DNA of 62,745 nt, filler included. It is 9 parts of 9 records of this genome, joined end to end, with 100 filler letters (N's around TTAATTAATTAA, not from the genome) between each part and the next. Parts side by side here need not be neighbours in the genome. Positions count along the whole stretch, not along the records: positions 30,360 to 37,485 come from DRR723986_32484; positions 37,586 to 44,377 come from DRR723986_32494; 7 more parts are not named here. One strand, written 5' to 3'. Shown here piece after piece: positions 31,803 to 42,374 of the stretch. How positions within the stretch are numbered: position 1 is the first letter of the stretch; each line of letters starts with the position of its first letter. A program made the position numbers and the translations under genes. The notes below the pieces were generated by a model. It saw only the letters and a program-made list of their open reading frames with translations. It was not told the origin of the DNA and did no database searches.

Positions 31803-32598
31803 GCAACAGAGATTTGAAGACATTGAGCGTTATCTGGACGCTGAGATGACAGCCGCAGAGAGCCAGGACTTTGAGGCGCGCTGCAAAGAAGATGCACAGT
31901 TGCGCCAGGAATTGGAGTTGCATAGGGAAGTGGCGCAGGCCGTACTGCGCAGTGACGAGCAGGAATTACGTCGGAAGTTAAACGAAGTTTATACCGATGA
32001 GTTTGGCAGTGCTGCACCCAAAGCTGAGAATCACTCTGACACAACTTCGATTGCAAATCGTCTGCGGCCCTACCTGTTAGCTGCGCTGCTGTTAATCTCA
32101 GTCGGATTTATCACCTGGCAAATCAATACTGCGGCGGATTCTCCACAAGCCATTTTTGCTGAACACTTTCGTCCGTATCCACTGCTGGATTACAACCGAA
32201 GTCTGGAGCCTGAGCTTGAGAGTTTTCCGGAGCTCGAACAAAAGTTGGGATTTGCCTTGTACCGCGCGGGAGAATATGAGCAGGCTGCCAAACTCTTCAG
32301 GTCTTTGGAGCCGCAGTCGGAACAGCCTGAGAGTGTCAAATTTTATCTGGCGGTTTCACTACTGGCTGCGCAGTACAACAGTGAGGCAATCCTAAATCTT
32401 ACTGAAATTGTCCAGGCCGATGCGCACTATTTTCACGCGCCGGCGCGCTGGTATCTAGCACTGGCCTACGTGCAGGCCGGCCAGTTTGCTGAAGCGATTA
32501 CAGCTCTGCAGACAATTGTTAAGACGGATGATACTCGCACAGTTGAAGCCGCAAAGCTACTTGAAGAGTTGCAGTTGATCGTTGAGCCTGAAAATTAA
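31792..32598 (+). CDS. Single-pass membrane TPR protein, putative anti-sigma factor
   Basis: Overlaps the sigma stop; IERYLDAEMT..E..F N-terminal helix bundle, one TM, TPR-like FYLAVSLL and WYLALAYV. Confidence 0.78.
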   Translation: MDAEQQRFEDIERYLDAEMTAAESQDFEARCKEDAQLRQELELHREVAQAVLRSDEQELRRKLNEVYTDEFGSAAPKAENHSDTTSIANRLRPYLLAALLLISVGFITWQINTAADSPQAIFAEHFRPYPLLDYNRSLEPELESFPELEQKLGFALYRAGEYEQAAKLFRSLEPQSEQPESVKFYLAVSLLAAQYNSEAILNLTEIVQADAHYFHAPARWYLALAYVQAGQFAEAITALQTIVKTDDTRTVEAAKLLEELQLIVEPEN

Positions 32599-32625
32599 CA
32601 TGTTTCCATAGCCCACACTTAAGAG

Positions 32626-35600
32626 TTAAGCCGCACGCCGTTTTCTGGACCTGAAACGCCAGATTACGATGCCACAGGCCAGCAGCGCCAGCGCGGCAAA
32701 ACTCAAATGCCGGAGCGTATACGTCGAATACGGCTGTTGCAGCGGAGTCGTATCACCGCTTAAAACAAACATACTCCAGAATGCAGGGTGCGCCAGAATT
32801 TGATCAGCACCTTCCAAATAATCGATTTTGGCCTGTCGCAGTGCAGCATGTTTGGCATTGCCGGACTGGAGATTCTGGTAAAATCCCTGCATGATTTGTG
32901 CACTTGTATTGTCATTGGCAGGCCACAGGCTCATCACGATGCTGGGCACACCTGCATATGCAAAGGCGCGCGCCAGGCTCATGACACCTTCACCTTCAGC
33001 GTAAGAACCAACACCGGAATTACAGGCGCTAAGACTTATCATTTCCGCATTGAGCTGCATGCCCATAATTTCGTATGCAAACAGGAAACCGTCGTTCTGT
33101 CCGGTGGCGCTAAGTTCCCCTGTGTTAACAGCGGGCAGATGCGCGTCTGTGGCTTCACTAAATGAGATAAACGAATGCAGTGGCCTGTCTCTGTTAATAA
33201 CGCCATGTGTCGCCAGATGCAGTAGGCGGAAGTTGGCGGCAATCTTTTTGAAGTGTGCCTCGCTGGCATCGGAGTCGAGAAATACATCGCCGTCAATTAG
33301 GTGACTAAAAGTCTGGACTTCGGCGGCAGACGATAAAAGTGGCATTTGTGCGGCCCGTTTTGATGCACCGTCCTCTGTTTTAAGGTCCCGGTGTGCCAAA
33401 CCCGCCTTTGTTGTGGGCACAGCGCAAAAAGGTGCAAATGCCGCACCGGCGGCTAAGACCGGAGAATTAGGATAGTTGGGGCTGTTTAACTCTTGCGCAA
33501 CTGCGCTGGACCATGCATAGGAAATTTGAGATTGGAACAGCAAATATGGTAGCCGACGAAAATCGAAGTCAGTGCTGTCCGGCAGGCTGGTGACCGTCGC
33601 TTCAAAGGGAATGTAACATAAGTCGCGGTCAGGGATGATTAGGAGGGAAGACGGAAAGCTGTTTATTTCGGCGTCTCCGGCCCAGAGTTTAAGTGAGGGT
33701 GCGATAAATTCCTGGTAGACGGCAAAGGCGACGTGTGCATATTCTGCAGCGCTCCGGTGCGTTGTACCGGAAAGTCGCGGTTCCTGCAGCGCGGCGCGCA
33801 AAGCTTGAATCCGCGCGCGTGACTCGGCATCAAAAGTCTGCCTGTTTACCCTGGCATGATTGTGAGAAACTGTAAAAACTGTTAATGTATTGAGGCCCAC
33901 AAAAAATTCAATTGCAAGGCTGTTGCTATCGGCCAGTAAACTGCGTGTTTTGCTGAGTTGTAACAAAGTTGGTGTTACTGTCTGTACTGCTGCATTCAGG
34001 TGCCGCCGACTCAATTGTTCCTCAAATTCTGCCAGCAACTGAAACTTTTGGTCGTATAAGGCCTCGGTGCGGGTATGTTTAAGCGAATCACTGTTCGATG
34101 GGCCGGCTTGCAGCTCCTCGTCCAGCAGATCAAGGGTTAACTCAATTGATTTGGTTTGCCGGACTGCACTTGTGTCCAGGTCAAATGACCTGCCTGCCGC
34201 AGACGGAGGCTGTGCTGAAGCGCGGATTGCCTGCAGTAGTTTTAACGACTTACTGTTGTCGGCAAATGCATGTGCCAGTTCCACGTAGCGCTCTTCCTGC
34301 GTGTATTGATACATTTCGACGGCAGTCTGCACGGATTTTTCAAAGAGTGAAGCCGCTGTTTGATTCAGCAGAATGCGGCGTTGACCGGGTAGCGATTGTT
34401 CGTGATACAGCAGGTTAAATACTGTTACTGCCGACTGCCATGAGGCAAGTGCCAGTTTAAGATTGTCAATGTCGCTGCCCTTCTGTTTGTACTGTGAATA
34501 AGCCAGGTTTGCCTTTTGCATGAGGATGGTTAACAGGAGTTCGTCGGCTACGAGGCAGTCTGCATGATTGCAGGTTCCTGCCGAATCGGCGCTGCAAGAA
34601 TTGTGCAGAATCTTCAGTGCTGCATTTAAGTGTCGCGTTGCCTGGTCCGTGGCTCTATGCCGCGCCAGGAGTGTTGCCATACAGGAGTGTGTTAAAGCGA
34701 CGGCGCGGCTGCCGCTGCCAAGCTTGGCGGTATAAAGCGCCATGGCTTTCTGTAATTGTTGCATGGCATTCGACTTAGCACTGGGCGACTGATGTTCCGA
34801 ATTGGCTTCAGCACTTGCTCCCAAACGCAAGGCATCGGCAACAGCCATGGTGGTGCCGTCATGAATTTTAGCAAACATTGGCAATGCCTGTTCAAAGTAC
34901 ACAAGTGCGGAGTCCACCTGTCCGCGCGTGATACAAACCTGGCCAAGTGTTAAGTAAATGTCGGCAATTGTAAAATGTTCTTTGCCGTGATAGGCTTTAG
35001 AAAGTTTTAGCGCGCGTTGTGCCAATGAATGAGCAGCTGAGTCGTGTCCCGCGCTTAACTCGATACGTGCCAGGCGACTCATGAGCGCCGGAAAGTTACG
35101 GTGGTCGTCTTTAAAATGTTTACCACAGAGATTTAAAGCTTTGTGGTAATAAGTCCTGGCTTTGTCCAGTTCATTGGTTTCTGCGTAGCAGTCGCCCATT
35201 TGCATATACATATACGTTAAGAATTGTGAATCGTCACCCTGCGAATTTATGATGACTTCAATTCCCTGGCGGCAAGACTTTTTGGCTTTGTTGAACTCTT
35301 CCTGGGCCAAAAGACAGGCAGAGCGGTCCAGATGTATATGTGCTGAGTAATAGTGGTCCAGTCCCAGGGTGCTCTCCAGGATTGCCATGCTTTTGTCAAA
35401 ATGAGAGAGTGCCTGCTCAAAGTCTTCAATGTTAAAATAGTACCGTCCCAGTTTTAGGTAGTCATACGCAATCATCGGATTTTTGATGTTGTTGATGTTC
35501 GTGCGGATTTCAATTGCTTTTTGGAGTAGCTCAAAGGCTCTGGCATGGTCTACTTTAAAGTAGCGATATAAAGATGCCAAGCTGGAGTAGTAAGCCGCGA

Positions 35601-36129
35601 TGCTGCTATCATTCCCACCAAGATGTGCAATTCCATAATCCAGGGCACGCTCGTAGTAGTCAAGTGCAGCTTGTGTGTTGCCCTGCTCAAAGTTGATAAA
35701 ACCGAGAAGGTACATCGCGTTAGCCACCGGCCTGGGAGCGCTGTGTTTAAGTTGTTGGCTGCCAATCTCCAAAACGCGTTCCAAAGTGTCGCGTGCACGC
35801 TCATATTCTCCGGCGCGGGCCATGTGTGAGGCAGCATCGGCCATACAAGCGATGGACTCGGGATGCAGCCCCAGAGAATCGTAGATCCTGCGCGCCGCCA
35901 AAAACAACTCGATGGCCGACTGATGTTCGGTGGTATGTGTCAGGCTCTGTGCATGCTGCCGTAGAGACCTGGCCGAGTCAAGTAGTGCCGCGCCCTGTGC
36001 CTCCGGGCCTGAAACTGCTTCCGGAGTATGCTGAATGAGCTCAGGAACCTGCGCACTTCCAGAATCAGGCACTGATGTAACACAAATACAGGCGACGAGA
36101 ATTAACATCTGTGTCCGACTGCGTTTCAT
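32626..36129 (-). CDS. Exported TPR + CHAT (caspase-like) protease with C-terminal TM anchor
   Basis: Signal peptide, many TPRs, LIIPDRDL..IPFE, LHLATHG, LSACNSG (His/Cys dyad), SLW, HPAFWS, final TM and basic tail. Confidence 0.92.
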   Translation of the reverse strand: MKRSRTQMLILVACICVTSVPDSGSAQVPELIQHTPEAVSGPEAQGAALLDSARSLRQHAQSLTHTTEHQSAIELFLAARRIYDSLGLHPESIACMADAASHMARAGEYERARDTLERVLEIGSQQLKHSAPRPVANAMYLLGFINFEQGNTQAALDYYERALDYGIAHLGGNDSSIAAYYSSLASLYRYFKVDHARAFELLQKAIEIRTNINNIKNPMIAYDYLKLGRYYFNIEDFEQALSHFDKSMAILESTLGLDHYYSAHIHLDRSACLLAQEEFNKAKKSCRQGIEVIINSQGDDSQFLTYMYMQMGDCYAETNELDKARTYYHKALNLCGKHFKDDHRNFPALMSRLARIELSAGHDSAAHSLAQRALKLSKAYHGKEHFTIADIYLTLGQVCITRGQVDSALVYFEQALPMFAKIHDGTTMAVADALRLGASAEANSEHQSPSAKSNAMQQLQKAMALYTAKLGSGSRAVALTHSCMATLLARHRATDQATRHLNAALKILHNSCSADSAGTCNHADCLVADELLLTILMQKANLAYSQYKQKGSDIDNLKLALASWQSAVTVFNLLYHEQSLPGQRRILLNQTAASLFEKSVQTAVEMYQYTQEERYVELAHAFADNSKSLKLLQAIRASAQPPSAAGRSFDLDTSAVRQTKSIELTLDLLDEELQAGPSNSDSLKHTRTEALYDQKFQLLAEFEEQLSRRHLNAAVQTVTPTLLQLSKTRSLLADSNSLAIEFFVGLNTLTVFTVSHNHARVNRQTFDAESRARIQALRAALQEPRLSGTTHRSAAEYAHVAFAVYQEFIAPSLKLWAGDAEINSFPSSLLIIPDRDLCYIPFEATVTSLPDSTDFDFRRLPYLLFQSQISYAWSSAVAQELNSPNYPNSPVLAAGAAFAPFCAVPTTKAGLAHRDLKTEDGASKRAAQMPLLSSAAEVQTFSHLIDGDVFLDSDASEAHFKKIAANFRLLHLATHGVINRDRPLHSFISFSEATDAHLPAVNTGELSATGQNDGFLFAYEIMGMQLNAEMISLSACNSGVGSYAEGEGVMSLARAFAYAGVPSIVMSLWPANDNTSAQIMQGFYQNLQSGNAKHAALRQAKIDYLEGADQILAHPAFWSMFVLSGDTTPLQQPYSTYTLRHLSFAALALLACGIVIWRFRSRKRRAA

Positions 36130-36360
36130 ACGTGAGTCTTTCTTTGTTTACTTGCCGGATGTTGCAACGACTTTGTCAATTCGCACAAACTTCTACATGA
36201 TTACACCAGACGCGATTGACCTGTGTGTTGGCAGAAAATACGATGCGCCGCGACTTTGCACAACACAATACGGAGTTACGCGATTTATAGGACGCGGGAT
36301 GGGAATTGTGAGGTGATACCCCGCAGTCCAGGATTGTCTAAACAAGGACCTAGCCTGATG

Positions 36361-37107
36361 TTAAGTCGCCAGCAGGACAGTTTCAGTCACACCAGTCTGA
36401 TCATCGGTAAGCAGCATGCCTTCAGAAACAGAATCCATTTGACCGAGGAGTTTACCCTGAGTATTCCAGATTGCGGAGCCGCCTGCGCTAATAAAGTTGT
36501 CACATGGACCGACGCAGTTGGACATCAGGATCGTCATTTCATGCTGCCGTGCAAACTGTTCAAACTTCGAACATGCCTCACGAACACCATCCGCATGTTT
36601 GGCAACACTGGCCAGAAATACCTGTACTCCCAGGTTTTTGCAGTTACGCACAAACTGCGGCAGCAGGGCCTCATAACAGATTGCCGGTGCAAATTTTGTC
36701 TCGTTTAAGTTAAACACCAGGTCTTGGTTGCCGGGCAGGAAAAAGGGGGCTTCATCTGAATGCAGGTGCTGTTTTGCGTAAAAGAGCGAAGTGGCGTGCG
36801 GCCGCAGAATTCGCATGCTTATACGGCGTTTGCCTTCAGATTTTGGCAGCCCAACGCAGAGTGTCATTTGATACTTGTCGGCTGCCGTTTGTAAAGTTCG
36901 GCAATGTTTATCAAACAGCTTACTCTCAATATCTTCAAGGTCCAGTTCTGCCGCCAGGGCCGGTTCATAGCCACTTAAAGACAGCTCGGAAAAGAGAAGC
37001 AGGTCAACCTTGTGCTCGGCTGCCTGTTGAATAACACGCAGGTGTTGTTGCACATTGGAGTTAACATCACCTGGTTTTAATCGCAATTGTGCTGTCGCGA
37101 GAATCAT
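36361..37107 (-). CDS. Carbon-nitrogen hydrolase (nitrilase superfamily)
   Basis: E-K-C triad: FSELSLSGY, YAKQHL, ICYE; likely ATG at 37107. Confidence 0.9.
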   Translation of the reverse strand: MILATAQLRLKPGDVNSNVQQHLRVIQQAAEHKVDLLLFSELSLSGYEPALAAELDLEDIESKLFDKHCRTLQTAADKYQMTLCVGLPKSEGKRRISMRILRPHATSLFYAKQHLHSDEAPFFLPGNQDLVFNLNETKFAPAICYEALLPQFVRNCKNLGVQVFLASVAKHADGVREACSKFEQFARQHEMTILMSNCVGPCDNFISAGGSAIWNTQGKLLGQMDSVSEGMLLTDDQTGVTETVLLAT

Positions 37108-37485
37108 TGTGCTTTCGGGAATATGTTTATATGCATGGGACTGCAATCTACAAAAATCCGGGCTTAACACGACTTCGCCGGAAACAATGCGTACCGCTGA
37201 CCGCCGCGCCCCTTTCATTGAAACTGTCCTGTGTTGGCATTGCATTGGTCTTCCATTCCATGGCTAGCTTTTTTTGAATTATGTTTGTCTCTGTGGCTTC
37301 AGCGTCAATTAATTGAGTCTGCCACTCAACGGTTAAACCACAAGTCACTCAGCGGCAGCCACCAGACTCTGAGACTCCATTGATTGCGACAGTATGTAGG
37401 CTGAAATGTTTGCGACTCGGAGTCAAGAAACTTGAGGCTAGGAGGCTTGGGGTTTGGGACTCAGTGCCAAACAAAACAATCAAAA

Positions 37486-37585
37486 NNNNNNNNNNNNNNN
37501 NNNNNNNNNNNNNNNNNNNNNNNNNNNNNTTAATTAATTAANNNNNNNNNNNNNNNNNNNNNNNNNNNNNNNNNNNNNNNNNNNN
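37486..37585. other. Artificial contig linker
   Basis: 44 N + TTAATTAATTAA + 44 N. Confidence 0.99.
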
Positions 37586-38009
37586 ACCTTATACCGGTTT
37601 CTATATACGCCTCCCTCCCCGCATTTCTGCAAGTTTGATATCCTGAAAAATTCCACCTGGCAGGCAGCCACATGCACGCCGCCCGCAATACAAGCTTACA
37701 ACTCATCTGCTCCCGTTCCCAGCGCATTGCACTCATGTACCCCACAGCATAGCTAAACGACCTGTATTCGGCTACAAACGGACCCAAATCCCCAAGTCAC
37801 TGCACCTCAATTGGCTCCCCAGCCGCAAAGCCCCAAACGCATCCGCCACCCAAAATCCGCGCATTCTCCAGCTGCAATTTTGTCCGTATCCCCGACTCTC
37901 GTAGCTTTGCGCCTGTCGGCCGCGCACAATGCACAGGCCTACGGATCGGCGGCCGGGCACTTCGCCCCAAGCCAAACAGTCAGCTAATCGCAATCGGCAG
38001 AGTCCTCAC

Positions 38010-38855
38010 ATGTCCCTACACGATCCAACAGCCAAACCCCCAGGTTTTCGCGGTATTATTCATCGTGTAATTTTTGGTACCGATACGCCCGCAGGCAAAG
38101 TCTTCGATGTGCTCCTGATCGCCATGATCGGTGCCAGCGTCATTGCCGTAATGCTCGACAGCGTTCAAAGCATCAAAAATGAATATGGTGACCTACTGAT
38201 TACACTTGAATGGATATTCACGATTGCTTTCAGCATCGAATACATTCTGCGTTTAATCAGCATCGCCAAACCCATGCGCTATGCCTTTAGCTTCTTTGGC
38301 ATTGTAGACTTGCTCGCTATTATCCCGACCTACCTAAGTTTAATAATCGCCGGATCGCAGTACCTTCTCGTGATTCGCATCTTGCGTGTCCTGCGCGTCT
38401 TCCGTGTCTTAAAACTCGTCCAGTACGTTGGTGAATCACAGCTGTTAACAAAAGCACTCATCGCCAGCCGCCATAAAATAGTGGTGTTTCTGTTTTTTGT
38501 CTGTACCAACGTCGTCATTATCGGCTCCGTGATGTATCTGGTTGAAGAACCCGATGCCGGATTCTCAAGTATTCCCGCCAGCATCTATTGGACAATTGTC
38601 ACCCTGACAACCGTCGGTTATGGTGATATCGCCCCCGCCACGGACCTTGGCAAATTCCTCGCGTCCTTCGTTATGATCCTGGGCTACAGCGTTCTGGCCG
38701 TGCCCACCGGAATTGTAACTGCCGAAATCTCACGTGTACGTCATGGCAACTTCTCGAACATCCGCTCCTGCCGTCGCTGCACTACCGAACACAACGATCC
38801 CGACGCCAACTACTGCAAATTCTGTGGTGAAAAATTGCCCGGTGGATCGCACTAA
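38010..38855 (+). CDS. Voltage-gated-type potassium channel with C-terminal zinc ribbon
   Basis: S4 RILRVLRVFRVLK, selectivity filter TTVGYGD, CRRC...CKFC. Confidence 0.95.
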   Translation: MSLHDPTAKPPGFRGIIHRVIFGTDTPAGKVFDVLLIAMIGASVIAVMLDSVQSIKNEYGDLLITLEWIFTIAFSIEYILRLISIAKPMRYAFSFFGIVDLLAIIPTYLSLIIAGSQYLLVIRILRVLRVFRVLKLVQYVGESQLLTKALIASRHKIVVFLFFVCTNVVIIGSVMYLVEEPDAGFSSIPASIYWTIVTLTTVGYGDIAPATDLGKFLASFVMILGYSVLAVPTGIVTAEISRVRHGNFSNIRSCRRCTTEHNDPDANYCKFCGEKLPGGSH

Positions 38856-39126
38856 TTCTTAATTCGTTTAACAAATTTCTGGTGATTTTTGTGCGCTTAA
38901 ACTATACCTTAACTTGAGCGCTTTTGCGTTACCGCAAGCTTCATAACAGCCATCTTGTTAGTCGGCCACCTGCGGTGGCCAGAACCCCAAACTTCCAGTC
39001 GCTGAGACTGCCGCAAATAACTGCGGCACGTAGTTAATAGAGCCGGCAGCCCAACCGGCCTGTCGCACTTTGGCGTAGGCGCAACAATTCAGCCCAAAGT
39101 CTCATAACTCTCCGGAGCCGAGCAGT

Positions 39127-39726
39127 ATGCATTCCTCAGCTTTTCAGTTCCCAATGATCGTAACGCACAGGATCACCATGCGCCTCCTGGAAATAGACGA
39201 TGCCCCCGCACTCCTGCGCCACTTTGCCGACCCCGACGTCACCGAGTTTATGGATATAAACGCCCTGACAAACGAGCAGGAGGCTGCCGATATTATCCGC
39301 TTTCACGAGCAGAACAGCGGCTGCCGCTGGGGACTGTTTCTCTCAGAAAACTGGCAACTCATCGGCACCTGCGGCTTCCACTGCTGGACGCCTGGTGTTA
39401 AAGCCGAAATCGGTTTTGATCTGGCCAAACAATTCTGGGGTCAGGCTTACATGCGCGAAGCCCTCATGCCCGTGATAGATTTTGCCTTTGACCGCATGCA
39501 GCTCAACTACATCGAAGCCGATGTTGAGCCCGCCAACCAGCCCTCAATAGCTCTCCTGAAACGGCTCGGCTTTAAGCCGGCAGCCAGGCCAACAGCGCAG
39601 CCTCACAACACTTCGGAAGGCTCGTCGGCATCAGATTCAGCGGCACAAAAACTCTTGTACTTCAGACTGCATGAAGCCGACTGGGCTCAAGTGCCGCGCG
39701 ACGAGTCACATGATCATAAGCACTAA
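39127..39726 (+). CDS. RimJ/RimL-type GNAT acetyltransferase
   Basis: LIGTCGF, AEIGFDL..FWGQAYM, NQPSIALLKRLGF. Confidence 0.9.
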   Translation: MHSSAFQFPMIVTHRITMRLLEIDDAPALLRHFADPDVTEFMDINALTNEQEAADIIRFHEQNSGCRWGLFLSENWQLIGTCGFHCWTPGVKAEIGFDLAKQFWGQAYMREALMPVIDFAFDRMQLNYIEADVEPANQPSIALLKRLGFKPAARPTAQPHNTSEGSSASDSAAQKLLYFRLHEADWAQVPRDESHDHKH

Positions 39727-39845
39727 GAGCGGCTCTCAGTAAAACAAGATGCGTGAACGTTGTTGAGCCTGGCGTGTAGACATTGACTCCCCCCAGCATC
39801 TTCCTGAAAATTTCACTTCGCACATCAACGCTGTGAATTCTTGTG

Positions 39846-40286
39846 ATGCGCTATACCTTGTGTTTTGGCATATGTTCCGTGCTGGTAGTTGTCAATCAAT
39901 TGATTGGACACTTTGCCGCGCCTAACGGCATATTCCTGACCGCCCTCCTGATCCCCGCTTTGGCGCTCTGCATCGTAATTATCGGTGATGAACTGCCCCC
40001 ACTCTACAAATCGGCAGCTGTATATCTGTTTACCGCCTTGAATGACATTGGACTTAAGCTGTGGGCCGGCGGCACACATGACTCGGCGGGTCAAGGCTGG
40101 ATCAACATGTTCCTAATCATTGGTGCGACACTTGGTTTCGCATTTCTGGCTTTACATTTGTCGCTCGAAAAAGAGGCCCCACGCAAAATTAGAATATACG
40201 CCGCTCTTTTGTTTCCGGCCTTGTTTTTACTGCATCTGCTACTCTTTGCCGGTTTCGGGGTGAATGTACACTACGGTGGCAGATAA
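39846..40286 (+). CDS. Membrane protein of unknown function
   Basis: About five hydrophobic segments; GGTHDSAGQGW loop. Confidence 0.7.
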   Translation: MRYTLCFGICSVLVVVNQLIGHFAAPNGIFLTALLIPALALCIVIIGDELPPLYKSAAVYLFTALNDIGLKLWAGGTHDSAGQGWINMFLIIGATLGFAFLALHLSLEKEAPRKIRIYAALLFPALFLLHLLLFAGFGVNVHYGGR

Positions 40287-40463
40287 ACTGTTTTTTAATC
40301 AATAACGTTCTTTTGAATCTAATTTTAACAACTACTCCGCTAAAAAGACTGAGCGACTCATTAACTTGTGGCTTCCGCCACAAATACTAGCAAAAAGAAA
40401 AAGGCGCCCAGCAAAGCTACAGCGCCTCAAGCTAAAAGTTAACAGAGTCAAGAGTTTCTCAAG

Positions 40464-41135
40464 TCACTTACTGCGTTCAATTAACGCGACCACATCGAGT
40501 GGTTTACAACTGTTGTCGCCATAGTCAACCTGCACCGCTCCAATCTTTTTGGCGGCCTGCAGAACCCGGTCACGCAGTTCCGGACGATATTTGCCCGTAA
40601 ACCCAAGTGCATTATTCATGGCATCACGCACCATATTCTCTTCCTGCTGCAAGGTACTTTCGATGATATCCAGGAAAGGCGCGTAGAACTCATCACCCAG
40701 CTTTTTATCACTCTTTAACAGATTGTAAATCATGTTGTATGCCAGGCGGCGTTTAACATGATTATCGCTCTTGTGCCACTCTTCCACCAGCTCCCGCTGA
40801 AATTTAAGTTTAGACAGCAACATCGTGGCGTAGACGTGGGAGAACATCCAAAATTCGAGGTCGGCAACCTGTTGCTCAACCTGCTCACGTGTCACCTTTT
40901 TGGGCTCGTCAATCAGGACGGCAATCACGCGCATGTCATAAACATCACTCTGCCACAGGTCTTGCGCCAGCTCGTGACTTTTACCAACTTCTTTAGCCAG
41001 TTTTTTGAGCTGTGTTAAACCGATGCCGAAGGTTTTGAAGTTTGCCACACCGGCGCGATCCGCGTTGCCCATGCCGCGTTCGTTTTTATTGCTTTCGAGC
41101 AGTGCGTACACTTCCTGACTAGTCATGTTGGCCAT
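40464..41135 (-). CDS. DNA alkylation repair protein (AlkD-like HEAT repeat)
   Basis: FGIGLTQLKKLAK..HELAQDLW, VRDAMNNAL, VDYGDNSC. Confidence 0.85.
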   Translation of the reverse strand: MANMTSQEVYALLESNKNERGMGNADRAGVANFKTFGIGLTQLKKLAKEVGKSHELAQDLWQSDVYDMRVIAVLIDEPKKVTREQVEQQVADLEFWMFSHVYATMLLSKLKFQRELVEEWHKSDNHVKRRLAYNMIYNLLKSDKKLGDEFYAPFLDIIESTLQQEENMVRDAMNNALGFTGKYRPELRDRVLQAAKKIGAVQVDYGDNSCKPLDVVALIERSK

Positions 41136-41276
41136 AGCGTTATTCCTGGCTACTCCCGGGTTCGTAGCGGTCTTTTAACTTGTGAACAAAAAAACGGCAC
41201 GCAATTTTGGCCTGTGCAGCCGCTATCACGCACCGTTAATATAGTCTTTAAGGCGAACAATTACACAAGCAGGGGC

Positions 41277-42248
41277 TTATCTTGCGCCCAAACCAGCCTG
41301 TGCCATTGCGCCTTCGGGCATGTCAAAATGTGAATCTACCAAATCGCGCAGGAACTTCACATCTGTAAACTTGGTACTCGTCACCTGCTCACCAACAGTG
41401 CCATCTTCGTTCATTTTAAACGAACGCAGCGACTCCATAAAAACAATTCCATCCACTTCGCGCCGGCCGTCATACGACATTAACTTTTCGGGCGAATGCC
41501 CACCGTCGGGGAAAAAACCTGGGTAGGTAACAATGTAACGCACGCCGGCCACACGCTGCGTCATCGGATTAATCAGCACGATGTAATAATCATCCGGCGC
41601 GTCACCAACACCTTCGCTAAATGTGGCACGCACCTGATTGTAGGTTACACCTTCAAATTCAATCTGATCCTCAAGTGTCAGGTTAACACCTTCGTCGGCC
41701 AGCACAAAGGGTACAGCCACAAAGTAATAAGGTGTTAATGCCCAGAAACGCGCATTTGTTTTCAGCTCCGCATCACCCGGTTTAACCCAGGCCTGAGAAC
41801 CGTCCCATCCAAAACTGACTTCTGGATTACTCGCCAGGCGATGGACAGCCCGCGAAGACCATTTGTCAACATCCTGCCAGGTGTCAATTAAGCGGTCCGA
41901 CGCAAAAGTGTGATAGGCAAAGCGGAATGACAGCGGGCCGTTGTTAAACCAATTCATCAGGCCACCATGCGCTTCAATCGCTTCCCACAGCATCTGTCCC
42001 GCATCACTACTGGAAAGGCGTGCCGCAGCTTCTTTAACACGTTTGTTAATCATTGCCTGGCGGCCATCGGCGGCTACATCGTTAATTGCTACGTCCAGTG
42101 TTACGACGCTCTCCGCCTCTGCATCACTCTCCGCACCTTCTTTGGAGCAGGCGCTCAGACTAAAAAGCAATAGACCAACCAGTGAAGTCTGCAGACATGC
42201 ACGTAAGAGCTTCTGCAAACGGAAAGTATGTCGGGAGAATGTTAACAT
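41277..42248 (-). CDS. DUF6503-like lipoprotein
   Basis: Lipobox LSAC, AIEAHGG, YYFVAVPFVLADEGVNL, GVGDAPDDYY. Confidence 0.7.
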   Translation of the reverse strand: MLTFSRHTFRLQKLLRACLQTSLVGLLLFSLSACSKEGAESDAEAESVVTLDVAINDVAADGRQAMINKRVKEAAARLSSSDAGQMLWEAIEAHGGLMNWFNNGPLSFRFAYHTFASDRLIDTWQDVDKWSSRAVHRLASNPEVSFGWDGSQAWVKPGDAELKTNARFWALTPYYFVAVPFVLADEGVNLTLEDQIEFEGVTYNQVRATFSEGVGDAPDDYYIVLINPMTQRVAGVRYIVTYPGFFPDGGHSPEKLMSYDGRREVDGIVFMESLRSFKMNEDGTVGEQVTSTKFTDVKFLRDLVDSHFDMPEGAMAQAGLGAR

Positions 42249-42374
42249 GTAAAAAACCAAATAGAAGTTTATGAGTAGGACTTGACTTTTGGACTCTGCT
42301 GCGGCCGGCAGAGAGTGACTCGTATAACATTATAGTAAAAATTTGCACCTGTGTGGACAAGCCTGAGTTGAAGT

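Noticed and set aside
38964-38980. GGCCACCTGCGGTGGCC hairpin resembling the core of the 8139-8168 terminator
   Set aside because: Too short to separate a repeat family from chance similarity.
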